From a virus, in the IMG/VR virus record IMGVR_UViG_3300020190_000008: 64,000 nt of DNA. One strand, written 5' to 3'. The stretch's first letter is position 1. Each line of letters opens with the position of its first letter. Shown here piece after piece: positions 47,280-57,454 of the stretch. The translations under genes and the position numbers were made by a program. The notes under the pieces are model-generated. The model saw only the letters and a list, made by a program, of their open reading frames with translations. It searched no databases and had not been told where the DNA came from.

Positions 47280-47558
47280 ATGAAGTATAAAAAATATCTA
47301 CAGAAAATTATAGACAAACAATTTAAAAGAGATTTGGAAGAATTTTTTGGACAAAATAGTTATATTACAATAAGTAATTTAACGTATGTAAGAAGTAAGG
47401 ATTCTTACTTGATAAGCGTAAACTTATATTTAGATGAACCAGAAAAGGTTGATTTACTATTTCCATCAGCTCTTGAATTATTAATACAAAGAGCTTGGAA
47501 TGTTGTTGGCGATAAAAAACAAATTATACTTCAATCTTCGTTTGATTTAATTCCGTAA
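47280..47558 (+). CDS. hypothetical protein
   Basis: 92-aa ORF; TATTTAT upstream. Confidence 0.55.
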   Translation: MKYKKYLQKIIDKQFKRDLEEFFGQNSYITISNLTYVRSKDSYLISVNLYLDEPEKVDLLFPSALELLIQRAWNVVGDKKQIILQSSFDLIP

Positions 47559-47721
47559 TTGAACCATTTTCTATTAATTCTTTTATTGTTTTATTAGAAG
47601 GCGCTTTAATGTAATAGTCATCACCTTCGTGTCTAAAAAAACACCAACCAACAAGTAAAGAATTTAATTTTTTATAGGTTTCTTTATCTTTTACTTTATA
47701 TACTTTTAATCCCACCACCAT
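47524..47721 (-). CDS. hypothetical protein
   Basis: 65 aa, coupled to the upstream gene. Confidence 0.5.
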   Translation of the reverse strand: MVVGLKVYKVKDKETYKKLNSLLVGWCFFRHEGDDYYIKAPSNKTIKELIENGSITELNQTKIEV

Positions 47722-48296
47722 TTCATTCTTTCTTTTAAGATTTTAAACAATAAGTTATGTGCTTTTTCTTGATTATGTTTTGAAACATAAAAACATAAAT
47801 CTTTTTTATCTAAATTGGGTCTTTCTTTTAATACTTTACGAACGCTTGATTGATATTTTTTTAAAAAATCATCATATCTTTCAGATAAAACGTCAACTTC
47901 CAAAAAACGGAAGTTTTCATTATCTTCAACAGGTTCAAATCTAAATTTAGATTCTTCGTAATTTAGATATTCAGTATTATAGAATTCGTCTTTAACTCTT
48001 TCAATGAGGTTTAAAACAATTGTCATATCACGATTATCTCTATCAACATTAATGTGACGATTTGCATAGATTATTTCTTTTCTCTGAAATTCTATTTTCT
48101 TTTGTAAGATTGTTAAAATATACCAATCGTCCCAATCTTTATCTTTATATAAAGTTGGCATCCATCTAAAGATATTTTTTATTCCGCCAATAAAATATCG
48201 TATTCTCCAATGTGTTTTTCGCCACAAGAATGGTAAAACCCCTTTTCTATTCCAAGCAGAATCTTTAGGTATTGTTAGTTTTTTGTAGTTTTTCAT
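47706..48296 (-). CDS. hypothetical phage protein (DWD...WWD type)
   Basis: W.P.L.KD.DWD..Y and C-terminal WWD. Confidence 0.7.
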   Translation of the reverse strand: MKNYKKLTIPKDSAWNRKGVLPFLWRKTHWRIRYFIGGIKNIFRWMPTLYKDKDWDDWYILTILQKKIEFQRKEIIYANRHINVDRDNRDMTIVLNLIERVKDEFYNTEYLNYEESKFRFEPVEDNENFRFLEVDVLSERYDDFLKKYQSSVRKVLKERPNLDKKDLCFYVSKHNQEKAHNLLFKILKERMKWWWD

Positions 48297-48444
48297 TTTC
48301 TTCTTCTTTGTATTGCAAATATAAAGAAAAAATAACTAATAAATTAACAAAAATACATAAAAAAGTTTCAAACAACCAATGCCAATCTGTTTGAGTCATA
48401 GATACGTGCGTTCCAAACCACATAAATGAACCATACTTGTTCAT
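48265..48444 (-). CDS. small membrane protein
   Basis: hydrophobic ORF. Confidence 0.45.
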   Translation of the reverse strand: MNKYGSFMWFGTHVSMTQTDWHWLFETFLCIFVNLLVIFSLYLQYKEEENEKLQKTNNT

Positions 48445-48479
48445 TAATTGTATAATTAAGTATTTGGAAAACTTTAACA

Positions 48480-49055
48480 TTATGTTACTGTTTTAGTTGT
48501 GGATGTTGGTATTGGTGAAGGACTTAATTTGTTACCGTCTAAAACTTTAGCAACAAGTTCACCAGTACCCCAAGTCTTCAAAGCACTTTTACATTGTCTT
48601 GCAATTTTTTTAGCACCAATGTCATTTTTAAGACCATCTGTAATACAAGTATAATAACTTAATTTTAAAGTTTCTATTGTTGCATCAATACCTTCTTGTT
48701 GACTACTATAGTTTCTAACACCACCATTACATTTACCATCTTTTCTACTAAGACAATTATAAAATGTTGATTTTTCTTTTTTCTTCGTTGTGTTAAATGG
48801 GTTAAATGCTGCTTTTGCTCCTTCACCTTGTCTCCAAGCATACATAAATTTCATATTTTCTTTTGTTATTGGAGCACCAACACCAGTTAGTATTGCTTCA
48901 TACACTTCATCATCAGATAAAGATGGTTTAGAAATTTGTGTATCATCTTTTTCCGAACCTAATGTTAAATCAGTTAAATTTAACCCAGAAGTTAAAAAAG
49001 ATACTAACTTATTAACAAGTGATGTTGAATCCGATTCTTTTATAATTTTTTTCAT
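48480..49055 (-). CDS. lysozyme-like/transglycosylase-like protein
   Basis: AW.Q.EG...NPFNTT....GV.NY.S...GI.AT..TL...Y..I; WGT. Confidence 0.55.
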   Translation of the reverse strand: MKKIIKESDSTSLVNKLVSFLTSGLNLTDLTLGSEKDDTQISKPSLSDDEVYEAILTGVGAPITKENMKFMYAWRQGEGAKAAFNPFNTTKKKEKSTFYNCLSRKDGKCNGGVRNYSSQQEGIDATIETLKLSYYTCITDGLKNDIGAKKIARQCKSALKTWGTGELVAKVLDGNKLSPSPIPTSTTKTVT

Positions 49056-49063
49056 ATCTATAA

Positions 49064-49672
49064 TTATTTAGTATAATACAAATGCCAAGGTTCCACAACC
49101 CTTAATGTACCAGGTGTTTTATATGTAACTCTAAAACCATAATTACTAGCATTATCTGCAACCCAATTTTTTACTTTTGGTCTTGCATCCCACCAAGATT
49201 CTTCAGTACTAAAAATATCAAAGGCTTTACCTGTGTGATGTTCACTGAATCCTGGGATTGTATTAGAAGCTTGTACATTATCAATTGATCGACCATCTTC
49301 TTTTACTTTTCTACCAAAATTTTTAACTTGGTCGTTATAACTTCGATACCCAGAAGCTATACCACCTTGGTACCCAAATTTAGAATTACAATCTTTTATT
49401 AATTTATTTATATTTGTTAGTGCTTGTTGGTTTACACTTCCAGCGTCTTCTTTCCAAGAACCTTCTTGTTCTAATTCTTTGTCTATATGTTTTTGTGTAA
49501 TTTCAACACCCCAATCTGTTTTAAGTTTATCGATTGCCGACTGTATTTTAGATGGTAGTTTTGAATTTTCTTCTGGTTTTTCTTCTTTTTTATTTTTATT
49601 GTCTATTGGTAAAATATCCAGATTTATACCGAAAGTTAAATAAGAAACAATTTTATCAGTTAAGGATTTCAA
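49064..49672 (-). CDS. M15B D-Ala-D-Ala carboxypeptidase (VanY-like)
   Basis: SGYRS..Q, PGFSEHHTG.AFD, YGF, EPWH; start codon uncertain (TTG). Confidence 0.85.
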   Translation of the reverse strand: MKSLTDKIVSYLTFGINLDILPIDNKNKKEEKPEENSKLPSKIQSAIDKLKTDWGVEITQKHIDKELEQEGSWKEDAGSVNQQALTNINKLIKDCNSKFGYQGGIASGYRSYNDQVKNFGRKVKEDGRSIDNVQASNTIPGFSEHHTGKAFDIFSTEESWWDARPKVKNWVADNASNYGFRVTYKTPGTLRVVEPWHLYYTK

Positions 49673-49891
49673 AGTTGGTTTTTTAAAAATTTATAAGTAT
49701 ATTATTATAAATACTTTTTATTATGAAAAAATTTTTTTTAGATTTTTTACTTTTCAAGAAAAAAGGTCTATTGTATAAAACAATTTCTTTTTCAATTTGG
49801 TGTCAAATATTGAATATTATTTGTAATATTATTTTAACCATAATGTTTTACATTTAAATTAAAATAAACTATCCTTAATAAAAAAAATATT

Positions 49892-50317
49892 ATGAGCAAA
49901 GTAAGTCTAAACAGTACTGTGACTGTAAATTACACAGGTAGATTGGAAGATGGTTCTGTATTTGATTCTTCATTAAATGAAGGTCGTGAACCACTTAAAG
50001 CAACGTTAGGTCAAGGACAATTAATTCCTGGTTTTGAATCTGGGTTAATTGATATGACTGTTGGTGATAAAAAAACGGTAGAAATACCACATACAGAAGC
50101 GTATGGTGATTATAATAATGAATTGATTACTGAAATACCTAAAGATCGTGTACCACAAGATGTACAAGAAGGTGCTATGTTACAAACATTTGGTCCTAAC
50201 GGTCCAGTAATTGTGAAAGTTGTTAAAGTAAAAGAAAATGTTGTTGTTTTGGATGCAAATCATCCTTTAGCAGGACAAAAACTTTTTTTTGATTTAGAAC
50301 TTTTGGGAGTTGAGTAA
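49892..50317 (+). CDS. FKBP-type peptidyl-prolyl isomerase (SlyD/FkpB-like)
   Basis: Y.G.L.DG.VFDSS, G.GQLIPGFE, EAYG, D.NHPLAG. Confidence 0.92.
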   Translation: MSKVSLNSTVTVNYTGRLEDGSVFDSSLNEGREPLKATLGQGQLIPGFESGLIDMTVGDKKTVEIPHTEAYGDYNNELITEIPKDRVPQDVQEGAMLQTFGPNGPVIVKVVKVKENVVVLDANHPLAGQKLFFDLELLGVE

Positions 50318-50345
50318 AAAAAAAGGGACTTAAGTCCCTTTTTTT
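50316..50345. terminator. bidirectional terminator
   Basis: A8-GGGACTTAAGTCCC-T7 between convergent genes. Confidence 0.8.
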
Positions 50346-51172
50346 TATTGTAATCCTAAATTTTCATAGGTTTGATTTTCTATTTCCATTGCACCCAATC
50401 CAGAACCACCTGTTTTCGTTTTATAAGACTTAACGATTGTTTCTGGTTCTACACCTTTAGTAGAACAAAGCCCATAAAGAGCTGGTTGTTTTCCATTTTC
50501 ATTCAAAATATCACAACAAGAACTTAAAAATTTTACGTAACTATTGTATTGTGGTGATGTTTCTTTAACAATAACTTGTAATGCTTCATCCTTCTGGTTC
50601 CAATCGTTTACCCAATTTTTAAAGTAGGCTAAACAACTTTGTTTATTTTTTTTATTTTCACTTTTAAATTGTTTTTTTGCAGATTTTATTTTTCTTTTTA
50701 ACTCTCTTCTACTTTGATTAATTTCTTTACCTGTCATCATTCCTTGGGGTTCAGAACCTTTAGGTGTTGAACTTAATGTATTTAAGTCTATTTTAGGTTC
50801 TATTAGAGTTGGTTTTAGTGTGGGCATTTTATCAAGGGCCACTTCGTCTGGACTTAATTGACCGTACCATCTATTTGTAGCTGTTTTACCAGTAGAATTT
50901 TTTGCTGTACCATCTGCAAATAAATATAATGGATTATTATTAGCGTCTATTGTTTTATATGCAAAATTACCCTTCCCGTCGTAATCAATAACAGTTCCAA
51001 CTGGTGGAAAATTTTTCATTTTTGTTTTTCTTTTTTCAAAAAAACTTTTAGCCTCTTCTTCAGTTGCTTCCATAATCAAACCTTTCCATTCGTATTTTCT
51101 ACGATTTTCGTGAAGATTTAAAATTCGTCTTTTTTCAGACTCACTTAATAAATTTTTCAAATAATAACTCAT
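50345..51172 (-). CDS. leader-bearing hypothetical protein
   Basis: LSESEKRRILNLH leader. Confidence 0.7.
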   Translation of the reverse strand: MSYYLKNLLSESEKRRILNLHENRRKYEWKGLIMEATEEEAKSFFEKRKTKMKNFPPVGTVIDYDGKGNFAYKTIDANNNPLYLFADGTAKNSTGKTATNRWYGQLSPDEVALDKMPTLKPTLIEPKIDLNTLSSTPKGSEPQGMMTGKEINQSRRELKRKIKSAKKQFKSENKKNKQSCLAYFKNWVNDWNQKDEALQVIVKETSPQYNSYVKFLSSCCDILNENGKQPALYGLCSTKGVEPETIVKSYKTKTGGSGLGAMEIENQTYENLGLQ

Positions 51173-51184
51173 AACTATAAATTT

Positions 51185-52507
51185 TTAATCAGCTTTAGGT
51201 TTTTGTTCAAATGTTGGTGTTATATATTCTTCTGAATATTGTTTATCCCCTGGTAATAAACCAGGTATTTTACCTATCGGCATTCCTGGAAATTCTTTTA
51301 ATATATCTTCAATAGTTTTATCACCCGGTAACTGGATTGGAATACCAGGTATTTTAATAATTTCTGGTAATTTTTCAATAGGTATTTGTTTTAAAATATC
51401 TGGTAATTTATCGATAGGTATTTGTTTTATGATATCTGGATTTTTAGTAATAATATCAATTATTAATTGAGGGTTTTTACTTATAATATCAATTATTAAT
51501 TGAGGATTGTTTGTAATAATGTCAATAATAATCTGTGGATTCTTATTAATAATGTCAATAATAATCTGTGGATTTTTAGTAACATAGTCAATTACTATTC
51601 TTAAAAGTGTTTCAGGAATTTGTAATTTAGCAAAAATACAAAGAATTACTTCTAACATTTTTTGTGGCATTTCTTCAAATCTTTTAATTAAAGCATTAAT
51701 ACAACCACCACCTACTACATTTCCTGTTGTAGACATTACAGTTCCTTTACATTCAAATGGCATATCAAGTTGTACTTTACCAAAACATGCTTGTATTTCT
51801 TTTATATCTGGAAGTTTAACATCACCACCAGGTATTTGACCACCTGGTAATGGAAAATCACTTTTAGAACCATCTGGTTTCCAAGTTCCGTCACAAAAAG
51901 CGTTTCTTAAATTTATATTGGTTGTTGCGTCACCTTTGATACAAGGAGTGGTTCCGTTACAATTTGCCGCAATCCATTTAGCTTGAACATCTTTAAAGTT
52001 CATACCCATATCGGTAATAGCGTTGTAAGGAGTTTTACTTTTACAATTAGTGTCTTTACCACCACCTTGTTGATTACCTTGTTGGTTATTTCCAGAACAA
52101 GGGATATCTTCTTTATTTTGACCATCATATTTTCGACTTATAACTTTTTTACAGTTACAACTATATGATTGAATTATTACTTCACCATCTCCATTGGGTA
52201 CTTTAACAACCATTTTAGATGGTGTATGTAACCAATAATAGGTGTAATTTGTACTTGGGTCATTTACAACAACCGCTTCAAACATTGTAGATCCTTTATA
52301 TCCTATTTTTTCATATAAAAAATTTAAAGCCTTTTGTGGTAATTGTATGTTATTTACTTTTCCACCGTTAGCATTTCTAACACATATTGGGAAATCATAA
52401 AGACCTTCTTTCAATAATCGTGTTGTTGGATTTTTTTTAACTCTATTGTGTAGACCCAAAATTCTTTGTTTTTCAGATTCTTCGATTAATCTTCTATAAT
52501 AACTCAT
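51185..52507 (-). CDS. leader-bearing Cys-rich protein with NPQ(I/L)IIDII repeats
   Basis: EESEKQRILGLH leader; 4-5 tandem 11-aa repeats. Confidence 0.7.
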   Translation of the reverse strand: MSYYRRLIEESEKQRILGLHNRVKKNPTTRLLKEGLYDFPICVRNANGGKVNNIQLPQKALNFLYEKIGYKGSTMFEAVVVNDPSTNYTYYWLHTPSKMVVKVPNGDGEVIIQSYSCNCKKVISRKYDGQNKEDIPCSGNNQQGNQQGGGKDTNCKSKTPYNAITDMGMNFKDVQAKWIAANCNGTTPCIKGDATTNINLRNAFCDGTWKPDGSKSDFPLPGGQIPGGDVKLPDIKEIQACFGKVQLDMPFECKGTVMSTTGNVVGGGCINALIKRFEEMPQKMLEVILCIFAKLQIPETLLRIVIDYVTKNPQIIIDIINKNPQIIIDIITNNPQLIIDIISKNPQLIIDIITKNPDIIKQIPIDKLPDILKQIPIEKLPEIIKIPGIPIQLPGDKTIEDILKEFPGMPIGKIPGLLPGDKQYSEEYITPTFEQKPKAD

Positions 52508-52548
52508 AATTTTAATTTATTTATAAATATGTTATAAAACCAAAAAAA

Positions 52549-53082
52549 TTAGTTTAAATCGGTTTTTGGGCTTCCTTTATCAATTCTTATTTGAAATTTA
52601 ATGTCTGTGACTTTTAATTCGGCTGCATAATCTGTCATAGCTCTATAAACATTCATTGTTAAGCCAAAAAGTTTATCAATGATTGTTTCTTTTGTTATTA
52701 ATTCTTTACCCATATTAAGCATTATTCTAATTTTTTCTTGATAAGATTCTAGTTTTCTGTGTAAAATTTTACCTAGTCTAATTAATTCTTTTTCTGTAAA
52801 ATCTTTGAAAACAATATCCATTGCCGAATTAATTTCTGAAATTAAATCAATTGCTTCATATAAATTTTCTTTTAAATCAACATATTCAATATTTTCAGAT
52901 TTTAACATATATCCGATACTTCTAAGAACTTGTGATAAATCTGTAAAAGTATCAATCAATACTTTCATAGAAGTACCGCCGTGATGAGCCATAACATTAT
53001 AGTCGTCATAACCGGCAGCTTCTTCTGTAATTCTTTTTATTAATCTTTGGTATTGGTCTTCCGTTACTAATATTTTTGTCAT
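52549..53082 (-). CDS. leader-bearing helical protein
   Basis: ILVTEDQYQRLIKRITE leader. Confidence 0.7.
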   Translation of the reverse strand: MTKILVTEDQYQRLIKRITEEAAGYDDYNVMAHHGGTSMKVLIDTFTDLSQVLRSIGYMLKSENIEYVDLKENLYEAIDLISEINSAMDIVFKDFTEKELIRLGKILHRKLESYQEKIRIMLNMGKELITKETIIDKLFGLTMNVYRAMTDYAAELKVTDIKFQIRIDKGSPKTDLN

Positions 53083-53084
53083 AA

Positions 53085-53198
53085 TTAATTTTTCAGTTCT
53101 TGTTGATATTTTCTAAGGATTTCAGAATTTTTTTCAATTCTTTTAAGTGTTTTTGAAAGATTTTTTCTGTTCCTTGGCTTTGTTTCTTCTTTTTTCAT
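53085..53198 (-). CDS. 37-aa basic peptide
   Basis: MKKEETKPRNRK...; TATTTAT upstream. Confidence 0.45.
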   Translation of the reverse strand: MKKEETKPRNRKNLSKTLKRIEKNSEILRKYQQELKN

Positions 53199-53212
53199 AT
53201 AGATAAATATTA

Positions 53213-53770
53213 TTAAGATTCCAATTCTTCAAAGGTTTGTTTACAAAAATTAATTAAATACTGTATATAATCATTTTCCATCCAATCTACTATTGCCTGA
53301 AAACTTTCAAATTTGGTCGGTAATTTTATTTGTTTATAGTACTGACCAGTTATTTCTTCATCGATTATTTCACCGTCATCATCTGTAAAATTGTAATATT
53401 CAGTATCAATTGGTAAAAAACATTTACCATCCCAATAAGGTGTTGCATAACCATCAAGACTATTTGTTGTTTCATTATCTGTTACTTTGAAATATACTGA
53501 ACCTACAAAATCGTCCATATCTAAACTAATAAAATATTCTCCTGTAATGTACCGTTTTTTGACATCACTTTCATAAATTAATTTAGAACAAATTTCATTT
53601 AAATCATCACAACTAAATTCTGGTAATTTTGAATTTCTATAAATTTTATCAAGTTGAGGTATTGATAATCTGTATCTATCGATTGTATTAATAAAACCAA
53701 TTTCATCAAATGATTGTGAAAGTTGACTTTTCAGTCTGGATCCTTGTTTTTCTGTTATTAGATATTTCAT
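53213..53770 (-). CDS. leader-bearing hypothetical protein
   Basis: MKYLITEKQ; GYATPYWDG. Confidence 0.7.
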   Translation of the reverse strand: MKYLITEKQGSRLKSQLSQSFDEIGFINTIDRYRLSIPQLDKIYRNSKLPEFSCDDLNEICSKLIYESDVKKRYITGEYFISLDMDDFVGSVYFKVTDNETTNSLDGYATPYWDGKCFLPIDTEYYNFTDDDGEIIDEEITGQYYKQIKLPTKFESFQAIVDWMENDYIQYLINFCKQTFEELES

Positions 53771-54091
53771 TTAATCTTCATCTTCTTCTTCACTACAATC
53801 AACATCATCGTAGTATTTTTTTATAGTTTTTAAAAATATTTTTTGAACTATGTCTCTTATAATTTCATTTTCTGTATCACCATCGGTTGCTGGATTATGT
53901 TTTGTATATACATAAAATATGTTATCAGAAAGACCTTCAAGAACAACTTCTGTATATTTACCTTTTCCAAAATATTCACCAAATCTATTTCTATAATAAC
54001 AAGGTTGCTGATCTTCCATTTCACCATCAAGCAGTAGTTTCAAATATTCTGGAGAAATTCTCCTTAGTAAAAATACTAAACCTTTATCCAT
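53771..54091 (-). CDS. RR-family small acidic protein
   Basis: FLLRR...PCYY...IKKYY. Confidence 0.65.
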   Translation of the reverse strand: MDKGLVFLLRRISPEYLKLLLDGEMEDQQPCYYRNRFGEYFGKGKYTEVVLEGLSDNIFYVYTKHNPATDGDTENEIIRDIVQKIFLKTIKKYYDDVDCSEEEDED

Positions 54092-54163
54092 ATTTTAATA
54101 AATACTAATATTAATAAAAAAACCTCATCGTAAAGATGAGGTTAAATTTTATATTTTTTTATA

Positions 54164-54718
54164 TTAAATAAATTTATTTTCCCTTATCCATATAACAGCA
54201 ATAAATTTTTTTCCTTCAATAACCGGTAATCCTGCGTGTAAACTATCATAATCTAAAGACCCATCTTCATTTAAATTATCCCAAACAATAAGTTTACCAA
54301 TTTTTGGTTTTATTTTTATTCCTAAATTTATAAATTCAGTTTCACCACCTTCAAATGAATCGTTTAAATAAAGAAGACAAGTTTTTGTTCTTTGTCCTCC
54401 AGCAGATATGGTATTTTCAAAATATTCTTCAGTTGGATGGAAAAAATCGTGATGTTCTTTATATTCACCACCAACATCATATGAAACAATATGTAATGAT
54501 TCCATATTTTCAATTGGTAAATTAACCAATTCAGAAATTTTCTGTCTATAATTTTTTACAATATCGTAATCATCATCGTATAACCAACAACTATTTGCTG
54601 TTCTATATCCATCTATCTTTTCACCTAAAACTTCTGCTTCAGATAAATTTTTGTAGGATATTTTAATAAGTCGGTCACAAATAATATCTGAAATAAAATT
54701 ATCATATTCTTTAACCAT
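54164..54718 (-). CDS. prolyl 4-hydroxylase-like 2OG-Fe(II) oxygenase
   Basis: RT...W, E.L....Y..GGEY..H.D, R..T.LLYLN...GGET.F, HAG.PV..G.K....W.RE. Confidence 0.88.
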   Translation of the reverse strand: MVKEYDNFISDIICDRLIKISYKNLSEAEVLGEKIDGYRTANSCWLYDDDYDIVKNYRQKISELVNLPIENMESLHIVSYDVGGEYKEHHDFFHPTEEYFENTISAGGQRTKTCLLYLNDSFEGGETEFINLGIKIKPKIGKLIVWDNLNEDGSLDYDSLHAGLPVIEGKKFIAVIWIRENKFI

Positions 54719-54760
54719 AATTAAAATTATAAAAAAATATAAATTTATAAAGATTTTTGT

Positions 54761-55516
54761 TTAAAATTTTATTTTAGTTAAATCAACTACTGGTAAGTAA
54801 TCATCAACTTTTAATTCAATCGGTTCTTTTTCACCTTGCCATCTTTTATAAAAACTTACATCTCTAGTGCTAAATTCGTCAGTTTCAAAATCTTCATCTG
54901 AAAATCCTTCAAACTTATAGTTTATCATATTTTCTGGTAAATGTATGTAAATATCATCCATAAACTTTTCTAACTTTCTATTAAATTCGTAACCAAAATC
55001 GTTTTTAAACTTATCGTCCACATAACTTTGTAGATACAATCTACTAATTTCAAGGTTTGGTAATAGAAAATCAAATTCTTTATAATCATTTGGTGGTGTT
55101 ACATTATAAAAATCATAAAATTTATTTAAATCAATCTTGAAACTAACATTACCAAACAATCCATCTTTTATTCTGATATTAATATTAATAATAAATGGGT
55201 ATTCATCTTTAAGATGTCTTAATAAGATTTTTTTTCCAGCATCAATGCGTTTGTTTTCAGATTCAGAAATTAACGGATTTTTTTTTTCACTTATTGATTC
55301 TTTAATATCAATAACACCAATTATTTCTTTTTTTTTCGGAAGAGATTTTTTGTAGTCTTGCCATTCTTGTTCATCCTTAAACTCTAACATATGAGATTGG
55401 TAAACTGGGTCTTCACCTTTACCTGGTGAATACTTGATTGCAACACCTTTTTTAATTGGTCGTTCTTCAGTTATTACCCTTGTTAATTGTTCTTCTGTTA
55501 GAATATAGTTTTTCAT
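54761..55516 (-). CDS. leader-bearing hypothetical protein
   Basis: MKNYILTEEQLTRVITE leader. Confidence 0.7.
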   Translation of the reverse strand: MKNYILTEEQLTRVITEERPIKKGVAIKYSPGKGEDPVYQSHMLEFKDEQEWQDYKKSLPKKKEIIGVIDIKESISEKKNPLISESENKRIDAGKKILLRHLKDEYPFIININIRIKDGLFGNVSFKIDLNKFYDFYNVTPPNDYKEFDFLLPNLEISRLYLQSYVDDKFKNDFGYEFNRKLEKFMDDIYIHLPENMINYKFEGFSDEDFETDEFSTRDVSFYKRWQGEKEPIELKVDDYLPVVDLTKIKF

Positions 55517-55578
55517 ATATAATAAATAGTGTTTAAACAAAAAAAGGGAATCTATAGATTCCTTTTTTAAATTTTAAA

Positions 55579-55872
55579 CTAAACCGCTTTATTATTACTT
55601 TGACACTTTAAGTCTAAAAGTTTTTTATCGCCATCTGTCAAAACTGGTGATTCTGTACCACCACCTTCGCTTTGAACTTTTTTGGTACTACAACTGTAAT
55701 AAAATTTTTTTGTTGATGTTGGAGATGTTTTAAATACGATATCATCTTCATCTTCATTTGTGATATGTATTGAAGTATCTTCTTTTATCAATGTTTTATA
55801 TTGTAACATTCTATTTTCAAGTAACATATTTACTTTTTGCATATGATTAATTTTTGTAAAACTTCTATTCAT
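55579..55872 (-). CDS. leader-bearing small protein
   Basis: MNRS..KI.H.Q..N..LE leader shared with 61313..61852. Confidence 0.65.
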   Translation of the reverse strand: MNRSFTKINHMQKVNMLLENRMLQYKTLIKEDTSIHITNEDEDDIVFKTSPTSTKKFYYSCSTKKVQSEGGGTESPVLTDGDKKLLDLKCQSNNKAV

Positions 55873-55913
55873 AATATTAATTTTATTAATAAATATATAT
55901 TAAAGTTAAAAAC

Positions 55914-56219
55914 TTATATGTTTTTTCCACTAATTGGATATTCTTTTCTTAAATTGTTATAATATAAATCCATTAATGAATTAAAAATTTCAATAACATA
56001 ATCAGTGATGTCATCCATTTCTTCTTTTGTTAATTCTGTTTCTGGATCAATTCTATGTACCGTATATAAAAGAGCATCAGCTGCCGATGAAGCCAATTCT
56101 CTTTTAAATTGTTCTCTATTTGTTGTATTCCAATATGCGTGAATAGCACCTTTTCTCATAATTTTTTCAAATTTATGAGAATTAAATCTTCTTAAAAAAA
56201 CTGGGGGTACCTTATTCAT
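55914..56219 (-). CDS. RR-family small protein
   Basis: PPVFLRR...LMDLYY. Confidence 0.65.
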   Translation of the reverse strand: MNKVPPVFLRRFNSHKFEKIMRKGAIHAYWNTTNREQFKRELASSAADALLYTVHRIDPETELTKEEMDDITDYVIEIFNSLMDLYYNNLRKEYPISGKNI

Positions 56220-56221
56220 AA

Positions 56222-56677
56222 TTAATAATCAAATTCATCATCAATATAATCTGAATCCTCATAATCTATATCACTATCCCATTCCCAAGGTTCAATTTCA
56301 TCATTATCTTTTAGATGATATAAATAACTTTGATCTATGTACTCATCAACATATGTTGGTAAATCTTCACTATATGTTGTATATGTAATTTGTCTTTCCT
56401 TTACAATAAAATTAATGGTTCTTTCATTTAGTGTTGGTCTATTAATAGTTTCGCCATCAAAATTTTCATTGTTTACATATAAATAAAAAAGATATTCTTT
56501 ATCAAGTCTCGATAAGGAACCACCAATTGGTGCTGCAAGTTGTTTTTCGACTGGGCCATATATTCCATCAAAGAAATACTCAATTTGTGTGTCAAGTTCA
56601 CTAATGATTGGTAATGCGTAACGCATATACTTAATCATTTGTTTATCAGAAAAATTTTCAAAGGGTGATTGTTCCAT
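56222..56677 (-). CDS. acidic hypothetical protein
   Basis: 151-aa ORF. Confidence 0.65.
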   Translation of the reverse strand: MEQSPFENFSDKQMIKYMRYALPIISELDTQIEYFFDGIYGPVEKQLAAPIGGSLSRLDKEYLFYLYVNNENFDGETINRPTLNERTINFIVKERQITYTTYSEDLPTYVDEYIDQSYLYHLKDNDEIEPWEWDSDIDYEDSDYIDDEFDY

Positions 56678-56702
56678 AATTGTTTATTTATAAATATTGT
56701 TA

Positions 56703-57077
56703 TTATTGTTGTTTCTTTCTTTCCCAAGCTTGATGAAGTCTAATTTCATATCTTTTTTTAAGATATGGCATTAATTCCCAATACATTGATGCAACTTTAC
56801 CAAGACTTTCATCATCATATATCAAACCATATTCCGGGTCTTCAACCGTATCAATCTCTTCATCTTTTCTATCAACCAAAAAATTATGAAGCAAATCACC
56901 AAGAACATAATCACAAAAATTATCAAATTTATCTGTCGGTGGTGTTGCGATAATAAAATTGGTTAATTCTTCATCAATCCATTTTAAATCAGCAATTGTA
57001 ACCCTCCTTTTTAAAAATGGTGGAAGGCTGGCAAATAGTCCTTTGAGATGTTCCGATTCTTTTATTAACTTTTTCAT
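56703..57077 (-). CDS. RR-family protein, paralog of 57074..57454
   Basis: LPPFLKRRVT..DL...LH.F...K.EEIDT..D.EYG...YW.L. Confidence 0.7.
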   Translation of the reverse strand: MKKLIKESEHLKGLFASLPPFLKRRVTIADLKWIDEELTNFIIATPPTDKFDNFCDYVLGDLLHNFLVDRKDEEIDTVEDPEYGLIYDDESLGKVASMYWELMPYLKKRYEIRLHQAWERKKQQ

Positions 57078-57454
57078 TTCTTAAATATGTCTTTCCAAAT
57101 ATCGTGTAATTTATCGGTATATAAAGATTTAATGTTTGCAAATAACGGCCAATATAAGTCAAATATTTTTTCTTTACTATCTTCAATCCATACTTCACCC
57201 CATTCTTCGTCATATTCGGTATCAATTTCATCACTTTTATATTCCGCAACAAATTCGTGTAATGTCTGATAAATAATATCATCAACAAAAAAATCAAAAT
57301 GGTCAGCATAATAAGGGTATGAGCAGTGTTTAATATTTTTTAATACCAATCTTTCAATAGTATTCAAATCTTCATCTGTCAATCGTCTTTTTAAAGCTGG
57401 AGACAAATCAACAAGTAGTCTTTCGTATTGAGATTCTGTGATAATAATTTTCAT
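57074..57454 (-). CDS. RR-family protein with leader
   Basis: MKIIITESQY leader; LSPALKRRLT. Confidence 0.7.
   Translation of the reverse strand: MKIIITESQYERLLVDLSPALKRRLTDEDLNTIERLVLKNIKHCSYPYYADHFDFFVDDIIYQTLHEFVAEYKSDEIDTEYDEEWGEVWIEDSKEKIFDLYWPLFANIKSLYTDKLHDIWKDIFKK

Noticed and set aside
56989-57309. 106-aa minus-strand ORF and similar alternate-frame ORFs
   Set aside because: Overlaps better-supported paralogous genes in another frame.
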